The notes under the pieces were generated by a model. The model made no database searches. It was not told the origin of the DNA and saw only the letters and a list, made by a program, of their open reading frames with translations. DNA of 64,000 nt. Source: Spirochaetota bacterium (lineage in GTDB: Bacteria; Spirochaetota; UBA4802; UBA5550). Below, one piece after another: positions 51,101-60,380 of the stretch (position 1 is its first letter; each line of letters begins with the position of its first letter). The position numbers were made by a program, and so were the translations under genes. The DNA lies in NCBI GenBank assembly GCA_963663865.1, contig OY760686.1, positions 192,001 to 256,000 on the forward strand. Reading direction: 5' to 3'.

Positions 51101-54100
51101 CGTGAGCTGACAGCGGAAAGGCATCGTGCCGGTAGACAAACTCCGAGAGTCTGCGCTTCTCTTCGGAGATGACCTCGCACTGCGAGCATATCCTCCCCTG
51201 AGAATCATAAGCAGTAAACGACTGCTGAGAGCCCGGCCCGGAGGCGGACATGACCTTTCCGAATGCGCTGCCGTAATCGTACTCGAAGCGGGTAATGAGC
51301 GGCTCGGGTGCAAAGAGCTTTTTTGATGTGACGAACTGGTGAAGCTCACTGTCGTATTCTATCGCAGTTTTTCGTTCAGGGCTGCCGCTCCGGTCTGTCT
51401 CGGAGATCATGTTTCCGTAGATGTCGTACTCCCGGAATATCCGGCGCGGAGCGGGCTCTTGAAGAACGCCGCCGGTGTATTCGGTCTCTTCACTAACCGG
51501 ATTGAAGTTGAAGTCGTATGTGAATCGGGCAGTGGTTTCGTTTTCAGAGCCGGCGTGCTCTTTTCTGAGTTTAACAACTTGAGTGTTGGTCGTCTCATCG
51601 GTCTCAAATTCGGTAATGTTTGTATCAGTACTCTGAGAGCGGACTCCGTCCGCAAAGCGGTCGACACTTCGTTCGGTTTTTGAGATAAGAGCATACCCAG
51701 TCTCAGCGAACTGCATCTCCGATTCGGATGACTCAAAGAGCACCCTGTCGCGGAAGGTGTCGACGCATGAGTTCTCTGCAACGCAGCTTTTCTGATGCTG
51801 TCCGCTCTCTCCGAGCTCGTGTATCCGGTAGCTGTAATCCTGTCTGCGGTACTCAACGCCGTCCGCTCCGGTGAATACTGTCTGTTTAACCGCTCCGGCG
51901 AGGGCACGGTTCCAGAGAAAGTTGCCGTATGGTGTGTTGTGATAGTAAGAAGTCTGCTTCCCGCCCAGGGCATCGGTGACGGTGAAGTTTGAGAACCCGA
52001 AAAAGTCCGTTTCGCGGAAACCGCCGATGAATCGCGAGAAGGCATATCCCCCGCTGTAGCCGTATTTTGTGACAACCTCGTTGCCGGCGCCGTCTGATAC
52101 GGTCATCTTCGTGCAGACCCTGTAGTTTACCGGAAGGTCGGGGACGCCGTCGCCGCCGGTGTTGTCAAAGCCCGATGAGTTTGCGTACTCGAACCGGTAG
52201 ACTCCGCCGGTTCCGTTCGAGACCCTAACAGGCAGGTCGGGCACCGTGCCGGTACTCAGAGCAAAGTGCCACTCGGGGTCGGTGATACTGAAAATTCCGA
52301 TGTCGGTCTTGCCGTCTCCGTTGTAGTCGCCCTGTATCCACTGGTAGGGATAGAACTCCTTGTAGAGACCGGGCCGGCTGAAATCTAGTTCACTTAACAC
52401 TGCAGGCTCAGCGCGGAAGTCTGCAAGCTTCAGAAGCGTGCCGCCGCTATGCAGGATGGGACTCCCCGTGTGATCGAACTCGCCGCGGAACTCCTGCCCG
52501 TCAGAGAGAGTGTATGAGCCGGTGAGGCTGAGCGAGGTGAATCCGAAGCTGTTCCCGATAACGATCTGCCGCAGCGTATCTCCAGCTCTGTACCAGAAAC
52601 CGTCCGTGCACGGATAGTACTCTCCGTCGTAGCTGTAATCGAGACCAGCATCCGATGAACATTGAGAGAAACTTATTCCAGTACTTCCGGCGGAGTAAAT
52701 GCTTTCTTCAATCACGGCCCTGTGCCAGAGCTGTGCGTCCTCCCGGCTGTCACATACGAAAAGTGATGAGATACCGGATGAGCTCTTCGCAGTAAAGAAG
52801 TACAACCCGCCTGACTCGCGGAAATCTTCAGCTGTCAGCGAACCGGTGCTGTCAATCTCAAGGCGGCGGGGCTCTGACTCCGATGAACAGAGGACAAAGG
52901 CGGGCACGTCATCGCTGCCGTTGTCAAGCATCAGAATCTCATTATGCCAATCAGAGTTCCCGTAGAACTTTCCGGTCTGATAAACAGATGAGCCGATTTC
53001 GAAAGAGGGAATCTCTTCCTCAGAAAGCGAGGCGATGTTTTCTTTAATAACCTGCGAGTCACGGACTGACAGGCTCAGAAAGCAGTGTGATTCTCCCGAG
53101 TGTTCGTATAATAAGAGGCAGTCCCCGCCTTCTCCGTGCAGAGCACGCCCGCGGTTTAGTACAGTGAATCTGTCGAGGTCGATGCCGGAGTCTCCGAGAT
53201 AGCGTGCCTCTCCGCCGGAGCTCTGCAAATAGAAGCCTGATTGGAGAGCTCCGGCGGAGTTCCGTCTCCAGCAGAGAATTTCGGGCACTCCTGATGAAGA
53301 AAACGAGCCGGCAAAGGCTCTTTCGCCGCGCCCGGGCCATGTGTTTGAGTCGTAGACATAGTCTACTTTATAAGTCTTTTCCGTGCCTGGAATTACGGCC
53401 GTGCCGCTCCTTATGATAACCTCATCTGCCGGACAGGGCGCGGCGGTGAGCTTTTCTATTCCGGGGCAGTTTGAACCGTCACTGTAGATTCTGTACCTGA
53501 AACCGTCCGGAGCAGCTTCGCCCACCCAGAGCTTGTTGTCGGCCGCGGAAAAGAAGCCTATGTCAGTTCGGCCGTCTCCGTTGAAGTCTCCCTGTACAAA
53601 GCGGGTGATGTCCCTGAACTGAGGCGACCTCGAGAATGTCCTGAAACTGATGCTGCCGTCGCCTGTTTCGCCAAGTGTCCATGTCCCGCTTGAGCGGTCA
53701 AAGAGCAGGAAGTCAGCGCGTCCATCGCTGTTGAAGTCGCCGTAGAAGCGGTCATTTGACAGGAGCATGTTTTCAGGAGCCGTAAATCTTTTGAATAGTT
53801 TCCAGCTCAGAATGAAGCTGCCGTCCGCATCCCTGAACGTTTCACCGACATACCATGATCCGGACCGGCTGTCGTAGATCGAAATGTCAGACCTTCCGCT
53901 GCCGGTGAAATCCCCCTGAAAGAAATGCACTCTGTTTCGGGAAAGACCTGTTTCACTTGAGTCGAATGTCGAATCACAGTTAAGGCCCGGGCCGGGACTG
54001 TAGTCGCTTCTGAAGAGGTTCCTGAAGCAGCGGGCCACTTTGAGAAATTCAAAGCATCCGCCTTTGTTGAGCATCAGCGTCCACTCTCCGGCCGGTTCGT

Positions 54101-55601
54101 AAAACAGCAGTGCGTCTGAGAGCCCGTTGCCGTCATAGTCTCCTGTGAACCACTCGCAGGCCATTATATTTTTAACGGGGGATATCAACCTTCCGTATTT
54201 TTTGAACTCGAAGATCTTTCCGTTATGTTCAGCAACGACGAAATCTCCTGTGCCAGGAAGAAAGAAGGCAATGTCGCTCCGGCCGTCGCCGTTGTAGTCG
54301 CCGGTTACGTTTCCCCTGAAGAACTGTATCTCTGAATCAGTGTCAAAGCCGCGGTAAGCCTCGCCGTAAACAGGAAAGCTGTATCCGCCCCCGCGCCTTG
54401 CCTCGGCTGCTCTCCAGAGCCCGGTGTCCGGGTCAAAGAAAACCATATCGGAAAGGGCGTCACCGTTGAAGTCGCCCTCGAAGTATTTTACCTTCGCGGC
54501 ATTTTCAGGCTGCAGCACAAAGCTGTTTGCCGCCTGCTTCCATAAAAGGCTGTGTTCCGCACTGCTGTATGTGAACTCAGGGGCGGTGTCTGTTCTGTCG
54601 GATTCAACCGTGAGGAGAAGGGGGCGGCACGAGTCTTTGCCTGTTTCGTAGATCATTCTGTAATGCCAGAGGCTTTCATCTCCTGAGAGTCCGTCCCATC
54701 CGACTGAAATTTTATCGAGAAGGCGCGACATCGTCATTGTAAAGCCGGGTGCGCTCGATGTGTAAGGTTCGGTGCGTTCGGTGTAGCTGAAGCGTACCCA
54801 CTGCCGGGGCTCTGTGCCGCTCGGCTCATGACCTGTGTAACGCAGCTCCCTCAGATACAGCACACGGTCAAGTTCGCGGAGTTTGCTGTCGTAGACTGCC
54901 TGAATGTAGTTGCCGTTAAGGTCCTGACTCAAAGAGAAGTTCCAACTGAAGGTCTTCTTTTTATCATGGGGGGGATATATACGGGACGAATGGTCTTTGC
55001 CGAAAATGCTTAAGCACCCGGTAGAGTCACGAAGCTTCCAGACTCCGCCCTCAGCGCTGTCAGAGAGAGTAAAGAGCGACAGGTCATCTCCTGTCTCAAG
55101 GCGGTAATCTCCGTCCTCTCCTTCTCCGGATGTAATCTTTACAAGCCGCTTGCCGTTAAAGCTGAAGATATCGCCGGGTCCGTAAACGGGCTGGCCGCTG
55201 CGTGCTGACCGTGTGATTGCACCTCCGCCGGCAGCCAGCGTCCACCCTACTCCGCAGAGTCCGTCGCCCTTTGCGGAAGAGCACGATAAGGTTACCTGCG
55301 GTGTAAGGCCGGCGCGGCCCTCGGGTATCTCCAGCGGATATGAGAAGCTTACTATTCCGTAGTTGTTTACCGCTGGAGTTTTAATGAAGGCCGCGCCGGC
55401 CCACGGATCTGCCTGCGCATCAGGAGCTTCGGCCCCCGGCTTCCTGTTAGTTGAAGAGGAAAGAGCGTCTCCACCGGACGGGTCCGCGTCTGAAGGAAAG
55501 CCGGGGGCCGTGTTAAAGGACGTGAGGTTTCCGCCGGGACCGCATGAGAAGAGAATTGAGCACAAAAAAATGAAGAAGAATCTGTCAGTGGTTTTCGGCA
55601 T
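48144..55601 (-). CDS. Lipidated SpvB/FG-GAP/RHS (TcB-TcC-like) polymorphic toxin with an Ntox10-like C-terminal tip
   Basis: Lipobox LFSC; SpvB-like PLEIPEGRAGLTPQVTL..GVGW; GDFNGDGRxD repeats; YD repeats; core end NRYSYCRNNPVGFGDPSG; tip FDTLQ..EP..PQWGKGGGTQ. Confidence 0.88.
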   Translation of the reverse strand: MPKTTDRFFFIFLCSILFSCGPGGNLTSFNTAPGFPSDADPSGGDALSSSTNRKPGAEAPDAQADPWAGAAFIKTPAVNNYGIVSFSYPLEIPEGRAGLTPQVTLSCSSAKGDGLCGVGWTLAAGGGAITRSARSGQPVYGPGDIFSFNGKRLVKITSGEGEDGDYRLETGDDLSLFTLSDSAEGGVWKLRDSTGCLSIFGKDHSSRIYPPHDKKKTFSWNFSLSQDLNGNYIQAVYDSKLRELDRVLYLRELRYTGHEPSGTEPRQWVRFSYTERTEPYTSSAPGFTMTMSRLLDKISVGWDGLSGDESLWHYRMIYETGKDSCRPLLLTVESDRTDTAPEFTYSSAEHSLLWKQAANSFVLQPENAAKVKYFEGDFNGDALSDMVFFDPDTGLWRAAEARRGGGYSFPVYGEAYRGFDTDSEIQFFRGNVTGDYNGDGRSDIAFFLPGTGDFVVAEHNGKIFEFKKYGRLISPVKNIMACEWFTGDYDGNGLSDALLFYEPAGEWTLMLNKGGCFEFLKVARCFRNLFRSDYSPGPGLNCDSTFDSSETGLSRNRVHFFQGDFTGSGRSDISIYDSRSGSWYVGETFRDADGSFILSWKLFKRFTAPENMLLSNDRFYGDFNSDGRADFLLFDRSSGTWTLGETGDGSISFRTFSRSPQFRDITRFVQGDFNGDGRTDIGFFSAADNKLWVGEAAPDGFRYRIYSDGSNCPGIEKLTAAPCPADEVIIRSGTAVIPGTEKTYKVDYVYDSNTWPGRGERAFAGSFSSSGVPEILCWRRNSAGALQSGFYLQSSGGEARYLGDSGIDLDRFTVLNRGRALHGEGGDCLLLYEHSGESHCFLSLSVRDSQVIKENIASLSEEEIPSFEIGSSVYQTGKFYGNSDWHNEILMLDNGSDDVPAFVLCSSESEPRRLEIDSTGSLTAEDFRESGGLYFFTAKSSSGISSLFVCDSREDAQLWHRAVIEESIYSAGSTGISFSQCSSDAGLDYSYDGEYYPCTDGFWYRAGDTLRQIVIGNSFGFTSLSLTGSYTLSDGQEFRGEFDHTGSPILHSGGTLLKLADFRAEPAVLSELDFSRPGLYKEFYPYQWIQGDYNGDGKTDIGIFSITDPEWHFALSTGTVPDLPVRVSNGTGGVYRFEYANSSGFDNTGGDGVPDLPVNYRVCTKMTVSDGAGNEVVTKYGYSGGYAFSRFIGGFRETDFFGFSNFTVTDALGGKQTSYYHNTPYGNFLWNRALAGAVKQTVFTGADGVEYRRQDYSYRIHELGESGQHQKSCVAENSCVDTFRDRVLFESSESEMQFAETGYALISKTERSVDRFADGVRSQSTDTNITEFETDETTNTQVVKLRKEHAGSENETTARFTYDFNFNPVSEETEYTGGVLQEPAPRRIFREYDIYGNMISETDRSGSPERKTAIEYDSELHQFVTSKKLFAPEPLITRFEYDYGSAFGKVMSASGPGSQQSFTAYDSQGRICSQCEVISEEKRRLSEFVYRHDAFPLSAHVTLFTGSGDPDIEKAVYGDGCGRVLHSVKSAGNGRHVKSGLTTYDALGRVTRRSRADWCSADELEEYHPHRGEKHPTLTEYDYAGRAVKITLPETSPEDGPAVTSFEYIYGNPWAVTERTGRRTRKTVTNSRGLLLYVTDSGTGDDGRFVEASMGFAYDQAGRRIKRMDLNGAAMSAQVEPSLFAAGARDSSGNCISQWRYDGFGRPVETSCPDTGYTRFEYNAYGENSAVIDARGLRSEMDYDCLGRVTESRAPSHAGTDVIETTRFIYGGAESPGNTAGRLAAIIGPFQRKDFCYDETGRVIRETRTFTDPLSGDQPGLSFTTRFEYDLQGRLTAVDYPRDPRTASGIRAEYTLGSAGAESVRVISSGKKRDVIERIAYSEDGQLESIERGNGTESTYSYDARGRLTGILSTTESNGMTRKLEDVNYTLRNDNSVASIVNFSELRPGGAAGTQVSHRYSYDGLNRLVAGEGVLKSSDSLEARKYSHSYGYTANGNMISRSASASGPEGTRHEEMTCSYSGGGHALTEISSATGGSVMRYDASGNMVYQSSAGDGTRRLEYDASSRIRKVIDDSSGIAAGEYHYDEQGFRIRKLITDTAGKSPHMEVLSPSMYFALEQSVPDGLHDSPGTMCSVNHLYLNGIRIAAVAANGDARFYLTDHLDSVKLVVDDNGLPVSKTEYLPFGGSWFSEGAAKYRPKFNSQETDRESGLIFFNARHYDAGLCRFVTADSVVPYEDDTQSWNRYSYCRNNPVGFGDPSGNIDVEQIADRSIMTVREALEYNDRYHSEQTINSFKTSNCLKTIYHAASAGVSKAALLVAPKNLSEFREMMFVGGISWSRAGRGGGKGIKHNKSIAKPKADFYVKPNGDVVPSTGYRALNQPAIDSALKGNIMSKGETTYFTFNDLSRFNRNEVKNLLQLPSSPSHYGKFDTLQIINNITIPKGKWGTGFNLEPICKTMPQWGKGGGTQAVTSKFINNFQLFELKK

Positions 55602-55606
55602 CCCAC

Positions 55607-55683
55607 CCCTCCGCTGTTTCTATGTTTGTAGAATCAACGGACGGGCAGAATAAAAGGTGTGAAATTTTCAGCTATACGCTACA
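55607..55683. repeat. Copy A of a diverged ~80-bp direct repeat (RHS promoter/leader)
   Basis: CCCTCCGCTGTTTCT..CGGACGGGCAG..AAGGTGTGAAATTTTCAG recurs at 58431-58509. Confidence 0.7.
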
Positions 55684-55685
55684 AT

Positions 55686-57188
55686 TCATTCTCCTGTATT
55701 TATACTTTTATTCATCTTTTCCATGAGCTTATTGTACTCTTCGAAAATGTCAGAAGTGTATTCAGTGTAGTATTTTTGAATAATGTTTTGAAAATGGTCA
55801 TACGTGGTTGTTTTATCTATCATTTTATTTAAGGTACAAATCATTTCAGCGTCTCTTATGCAATTTTCATCATCCCCAAGAATCTCAGACATTGTTTTTG
55901 TTATGGTTTCAGTGTTTGTTTCAAGAGATTCAGTATCCTTATATGTTACTGTGAGAGTAAAGGTTGATGATGAATCAACTTCTGAATCAGCATTAAAGAC
56001 TTCATAAAAGTACTGCTTGGTATTATAAGAAAAATTTGTAGAAGAAACTTCGGATTCATCCTGTGAAGACTCTTCACTCGCAGTTGAAATATGAGTCATC
56101 TCTTCAGGAAACTCAAGTTTAAACTTAACATCACGAGCAGCGACCGATAATAGAGAAATAAATCTTTCATTGAAAGCCCTGTTTGCATCGGTTTTTGTAT
56201 ACATCGTAAAATATGCTCCTTTCCCAGCCTCAGTCAAAATATCAAGGAAGGATTCATTATAATCCATGCCGACCCCGATACCGGAAAAATATATCCCTTC
56301 CATGTTATTCAGTTCGGTATGCTGTGATATGTTCTCAGGATCAATCTCACCGGTATTGGCATAAGCATCTGTCAGCAAAACAACTCTGTTCATTTTGTTT
56401 TTATCATAAGATTTAATAGCTTCTTCATATCCAAGCTCAATTCCAGCGTTAAGATTTGTCGAGCCTTCAGTATTGAGATTCCATATTTCAGGTAGTATCT
56501 TTGAATCATATAATGAATATGGTGCCGCACTTAAAACGGTTTTTGCATCTTCAGAGAAGGTAACAAGATTAATAATATCACCTTCTTTAAGGGACTCCTT
56601 CAGGTTGCCAAGTGCGTATTTTACAAGTTCAAGGCGGGATAGTTCAGATTCACTTTCCAAAACCCTTGAATCCATTGAGCCTGATATATCTATGATAAAT
56701 GTTATAACAGCATTTTTGCGTTCTGCTCTGGTTATTACAGGTGATGCAAAGTAGACTCCCAGTCTGTATTCATTTATGGTATCATTTTCAATGGAAGGTC
56801 TTTCCCATAAACCCATTGAATATTTGAAAATACCGATTTCCTCAGTTGATTCCGGAGTAAAAGTCTCATAGTTTAGAAATTCCCATGGACGTGATAAACT
56901 CTCAGGAATGGGTTCCCCGTTATATATATAATATTTTGCAAGCTCAACAGCTGCCGTACTGGCAGAATCGTCATAAGAAAAGTAGAAATAATTTGCCGGA
57001 TCATCCTCATTTGCTTCTGTTTCAGTTGAATATGGAGTACTGTCATCAAAGTCACCATTTGAGGGAACTGAGGCATTCTTATCAGAATATGAATCTGAAC
57101 ACCCGGTGAATAAAAAAACTATACAAGACAGAGAAAAAAGGAATATGATTTTTTTTAAGTAGAACATCTGGTCCCCCTTTTGCATCAT
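55686..57188 (-). CDS. VWA domain lipoprotein (YfbK-like)
   Basis: Lipobox FTGC; MIDAS DISGS; GSTNLNAG; LLTDAYANTG. Confidence 0.85.
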   Translation of the reverse strand: MMQKGDQMFYLKKIIFLFSLSCIVFLFTGCSDSYSDKNASVPSNGDFDDSTPYSTETEANEDDPANYFYFSYDDSASTAAVELAKYYIYNGEPIPESLSRPWEFLNYETFTPESTEEIGIFKYSMGLWERPSIENDTINEYRLGVYFASPVITRAERKNAVITFIIDISGSMDSRVLESESELSRLELVKYALGNLKESLKEGDIINLVTFSEDAKTVLSAAPYSLYDSKILPEIWNLNTEGSTNLNAGIELGYEEAIKSYDKNKMNRVVLLTDAYANTGEIDPENISQHTELNNMEGIYFSGIGVGMDYNESFLDILTEAGKGAYFTMYTKTDANRAFNERFISLLSVAARDVKFKLEFPEEMTHISTASEESSQDESEVSSTNFSYNTKQYFYEVFNADSEVDSSSTFTLTVTYKDTESLETNTETITKTMSEILGDDENCIRDAEMICTLNKMIDKTTTYDHFQNIIQKYYTEYTSDIFEEYNKLMEKMNKSINTGE

Positions 57189-57555
57189 TTAATATCTGCT
57201 GGAATCTTATTAAGCTTCACAACAGAACAATTCAGCACTATGTTAGTACGTGTGAGTTTTCAAATAAAAAAGACACAAAATTTTAGAAAAATAAAAATAA
57301 TCTAATAATTCCCCTTTCTAGAAAAGATAATGAGAAAAACCGAACTTTTTCCCATAAAATATATCTTGATTTATATTAATATATAATTTAGCATATTGTC
57401 ATTCTTTGAATGCAATTTTGTGGATCTGACAACAGTAGAAAGATTCCCCTGTAAGCTTCTCTCGACGAAATATAATCAATTAATAGGTACTAAATTATTA
57501 AGTTGTTATAAGTCAGTTCATAGTTTTGATCTATAGATTAATAGGAGAGGCAGCA

Positions 57556-58281
57556 ATGAAGAAATCTGTCAATGGTTCATATCCATTATTTCTGACATCC
57601 TTATTATTATTTATCAGCGTACCATTTCATATCAATGCAAATGTTGTAGACAAAAGCTTTGGAGTAAAAGCCGACTTCGAAGTTCCCACACCGATAAGAT
57701 ATGGATCAAAACTTGCGGGGATTGCCAGCCACAGCTATTATTTGAGCTTCATGAATGGGGGAAGCAATAAAAGCGTAGATTATATTGAGTTTGGTTTTAA
57801 CGCAACTGCTATAGAATATCAGGGTTCTGGTAGTCTGTCAAGAGGTTATGGGCTGCTTTTCGGGTGGACTCCTTTACCCCTACCGGAAATGGTTTTTTTG
57901 ATAACAAAAAAAAATTACGATATGTATTCTTCTGCTACAATCTTTGTCGCGTTTACACGTATTTATAAAGTTTCAAATATTTTTTCTTATTCATTGTCTG
58001 CAAATATTGGCCCTGAATACGTGAAAAAAATTTCCATTCCGGGAAATGAAGATGAATATGATCCAGATATGAATTATGATGATTTGCTTGAGGCATATTC
58101 CAGTATGCACGATATAGACGGAAATTGGGGATGCAGGGTAAATACAAAGATTAAATTTTTTCTAATTCCTTTATCGGATATGACCCTATGGTCAGTGATT
58201 CTGGGTTATACGCATCATGTATTTCGCAATAATCACTTTAACACATTCGACATAGGTTTAAACTTTTCATTCTTTTTTTAG
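57556..58281 (+). CDS. Hypothetical secreted/outer-membrane beta-barrel-like protein
   Basis: Signal peptide; alternating hydrophobic strands; aromatic C-terminus FDIGLNFSFFF. Confidence 0.5.
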   Translation: MKKSVNGSYPLFLTSLLLFISVPFHINANVVDKSFGVKADFEVPTPIRYGSKLAGIASHSYYLSFMNGGSNKSVDYIEFGFNATAIEYQGSGSLSRGYGLLFGWTPLPLPEMVFLITKKNYDMYSSATIFVAFTRIYKVSNIFSYSLSANIGPEYVKKISIPGNEDEYDPDMNYDDLLEAYSSMHDIDGNWGCRVNTKIKFFLIPLSDMTLWSVILGYTHHVFRNNHFNTFDIGLNFSFFF

Positions 58282-58430
58282 GGATTTCTGCTCTACCCCC
58301 CCCTGAAGGTTTTTCTTTGAGAGTTCATCCTTTGCAATTATTGTTATAGTATTTCTGTCATCTTCGATTCCTGCATATTGAAGCTCTCAAGTGCTTTTGG
58401 CCGGGCAGATCTTTGGCAAACTGTTTGAAT

Positions 58431-58509
58431 CCCTTCGTTGTTTCTGTTTATAAAGATTAAGCGGACGGCAGGATTGGAAGGTGTGAAGTTTTTCAGTCTC
58501 TATGTTGCA
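58431..58509. repeat. Copy B of the diverged ~80-bp direct repeat
   Basis: CCCTTCGTTGTTTCT..CGGACGGCAG..AAGGTGTGAAGTTTTTCAG. Confidence 0.7.
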
Positions 58510-58621
58510 GGCGGTGTTTGTTTGGGAAATAATTAGAATTTATAAAATTATTTTCCACATTCCCTCAGGAATATCGTATAATATATGGTTTTGAATCAGG
58601 CGGCAAAGCGGAAAAGCCGCC

Positions 58622-58709
58622 AGAGACGCAAGATTTTGCGTCTCTTCAATTGGCTATTATATGCGTCTCTTCAATTCTACGCGTCTCTTCTATTATACGT
58701 GTCTCTTCT
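58622..58709. repeat. REP-like palindrome followed by three degenerate ~18-bp copies of its right arm
   Basis: AGAGACGCAAGATTTTGCGTCTCT then repeated G(C/T)GTCTCTTC units. Confidence 0.85.
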
Positions 58710-59505
58710 AACTTGCAGGCTTTACAGCCTCAATTGACGCTGAAACAACATAATCGGTAATCGGATTTTGAGGAGCCCATTCCCGTATAAATGCTTTGCT
58801 TTCATCTTTCGGGGCAATTCTAATCTGTTCAAATCCGGCATTTTTCAGCATTAGCTTAATTTCGTCTACATTTGCCGCTCCCGCAATGCAGCCTGTATAG
58901 AGAGCCATATCGCTTTTAACTTCCTCTGGAATCTCAACCATCGCAACAACATCCGAGACTGCCAGCCGTCCTCCCTTTTTTAGAACCCGAAAAGTTTCTG
59001 TAAATACACGCTGCTTGTCAGAGGACAGATTAATAACGCAATTGGATATAATCACATCAACCGATTCATCTTCAACGGGTAAATCCTCAATTTCTCCAGA
59101 GCGGAATTCCACATTGCTATAACCGCCCTTTTTGGCGTTTTCTTTTGCCTTCGAAATCATTTCAGGTGTCATATCCACGCCAATCACATGTCCGGATTGA
59201 CCAGCCTTTTTTGATGCAAGAAAACAGTCGAATCCGCCTCCTGAACCCAGATCAAGTACGGTTTCCCCTTCCCTGATTCCTGCCATAATATGCGGATTAC
59301 CGCAGCCCAGTCCCAGATTTGCACCCTGGGGAACAGCGTTTACATCATCCCCTGAATAACCGAGAATCTCTGCCATCTCAAGAGTATTGTCAGATTTACC
59401 GCAACAGGAAGCTGAACAGGAACAGCCGGCAGCCTTAGACTGCGCTGTTCTGCCGTAAGTTTCACGTACTGCTTTTCTAATTATTTCTGACTCGGAATTA
59501 CCCAC
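58708..59505 (-). CDS. arsM: Arsenite S-adenosylmethionine methyltransferase
   Basis: N-terminal CC motif, NLGLGCGNP, VLDLGSGGGFD, IISNCVINL, GCIAGA; GTG start after GGAGG. Confidence 0.92.
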   Translation of the reverse strand: MGNSESEIIRKAVRETYGRTAQSKAAGCSCSASCCGKSDNTLEMAEILGYSGDDVNAVPQGANLGLGCGNPHIMAGIREGETVLDLGSGGGFDCFLASKKAGQSGHVIGVDMTPEMISKAKENAKKGGYSNVEFRSGEIEDLPVEDESVDVIISNCVINLSSDKQRVFTETFRVLKKGGRLAVSDVVAMVEIPEEVKSDMALYTGCIAGAANVDEIKLMLKNAGFEQIRIAPKDESKAFIREWAPQNPITDYVVSASIEAVKPAS

Positions 59506-59563
59506 TGGAACCTCCATTTCAATTCGGTGTGTTGGCATCGTAAAACACAAAACACGTACAACC

Positions 59564-59677
59564 GAAGAGACGCAAGATTTTGCGTCTCTTCAGTTGTACG
59601 CGTCTCTTCAATTGTACGTGTCTCTTCAATTGTACGTGTCTCTTCAATTGTACGTGTCTCTTCAATTGTACGTGTCT
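59564..59677. repeat. REP-like palindrome plus five and a third tandem 18-bp units
   Basis: GAAGAGACGCAAGATTTTGCGTCTCTTC, with units G(C/T)GTCTCTTCA(G/A)TTGTAC running 59582-59677. Confidence 0.92.
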
Positions 59678-60120
59678 ATTGATTCTCCGTACTCTTCCCC
59701 CAGCTCTCTCTCAAGAACAATCATCTGATCAATGAACACAGGGTCTTCGAGATCGTTAGCCCGGAATTCAATATCGAGAGTTTTGTAGCCGGTTAAATAA
59801 AATGACAGCGTCACAGCCCTGATGTAGCAGTTATAGTCTTTATCCCCGAGAATATTCAAGTCATAGGCTGTATCGGCCTCAATGGTCACTCCAAAATTGC
59901 CCTCTGCATCAGTGAACTCAGTATGCCCCACAAAGTCCCATGCGGGGTGATTTTCTGTAGCCTCAACAGCCGTAATGGTTATCTCCACTCCTGGAAGGGG
60001 CAGCCCTTCCTCGTCTGTCACAACGCCTTCCACTACGAAGTTATTGTTAAGCTCTCCTGAGCAGGCGCTACAACAAAGCGCCACGACAGATATCAAAGCA
60101 GATGTAATATAATGTCTCAC
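59662..60120 (-). CDS. Lipoprotein with a carboxypeptidase-regulatory-like (CarboxypepD_reg) domain
   Basis: Lipobox CSAC; VEGVVTDEEGLPLPGVEI, TDAEGNF; last codons IDTYN* come from the 18-bp repeat. Confidence 0.65.
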   Translation of the reverse strand: MRHYITSALISVVALCCSACSGELNNNFVVEGVVTDEEGLPLPGVEITITAVEATENHPAWDFVGHTEFTDAEGNFGVTIEADTAYDLNILGDKDYNCYIRAVTLSFYLTGYKTLDIEFRANDLEDPVFIDQMIVLERELGEEYGESIDTYN

Positions 60121-60380
60121 TTCGCATATCCCCACAATCCAGGTTTCCGTCTCATCCGGCTGGCCTCTTTTTTTGGAACGCCCGAACAATCCTGCGCAAG
60201 ATCAGGCTTCCATCGAGAATGTTCCTGATAAAAATCAAATAGTCTTCGGATTAAATATAACAAGCTGCTGTCAAACGGCAAGAGCGTGTATGTTAAAATT
60301 TAGTAAAACTTTTATCAGAAATACCTCATAGCAACATAGCAGCGTGCAGGCGCAAATTACGGCTCCCTTTATGACAATAC

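Noticed and set aside
48552-55653. Alternative-frame ORFs within the RHS gene (for example 51407-52075)
   Set aside because: Fully overlap a well-supported CDS and have S/R/P-rich, non-coding-like composition
59564-59677. CRISPR array
   Set aside because: Units are 18-bp head-to-tail tandem repeats with no unique spacers, and there are no cas genes in the window
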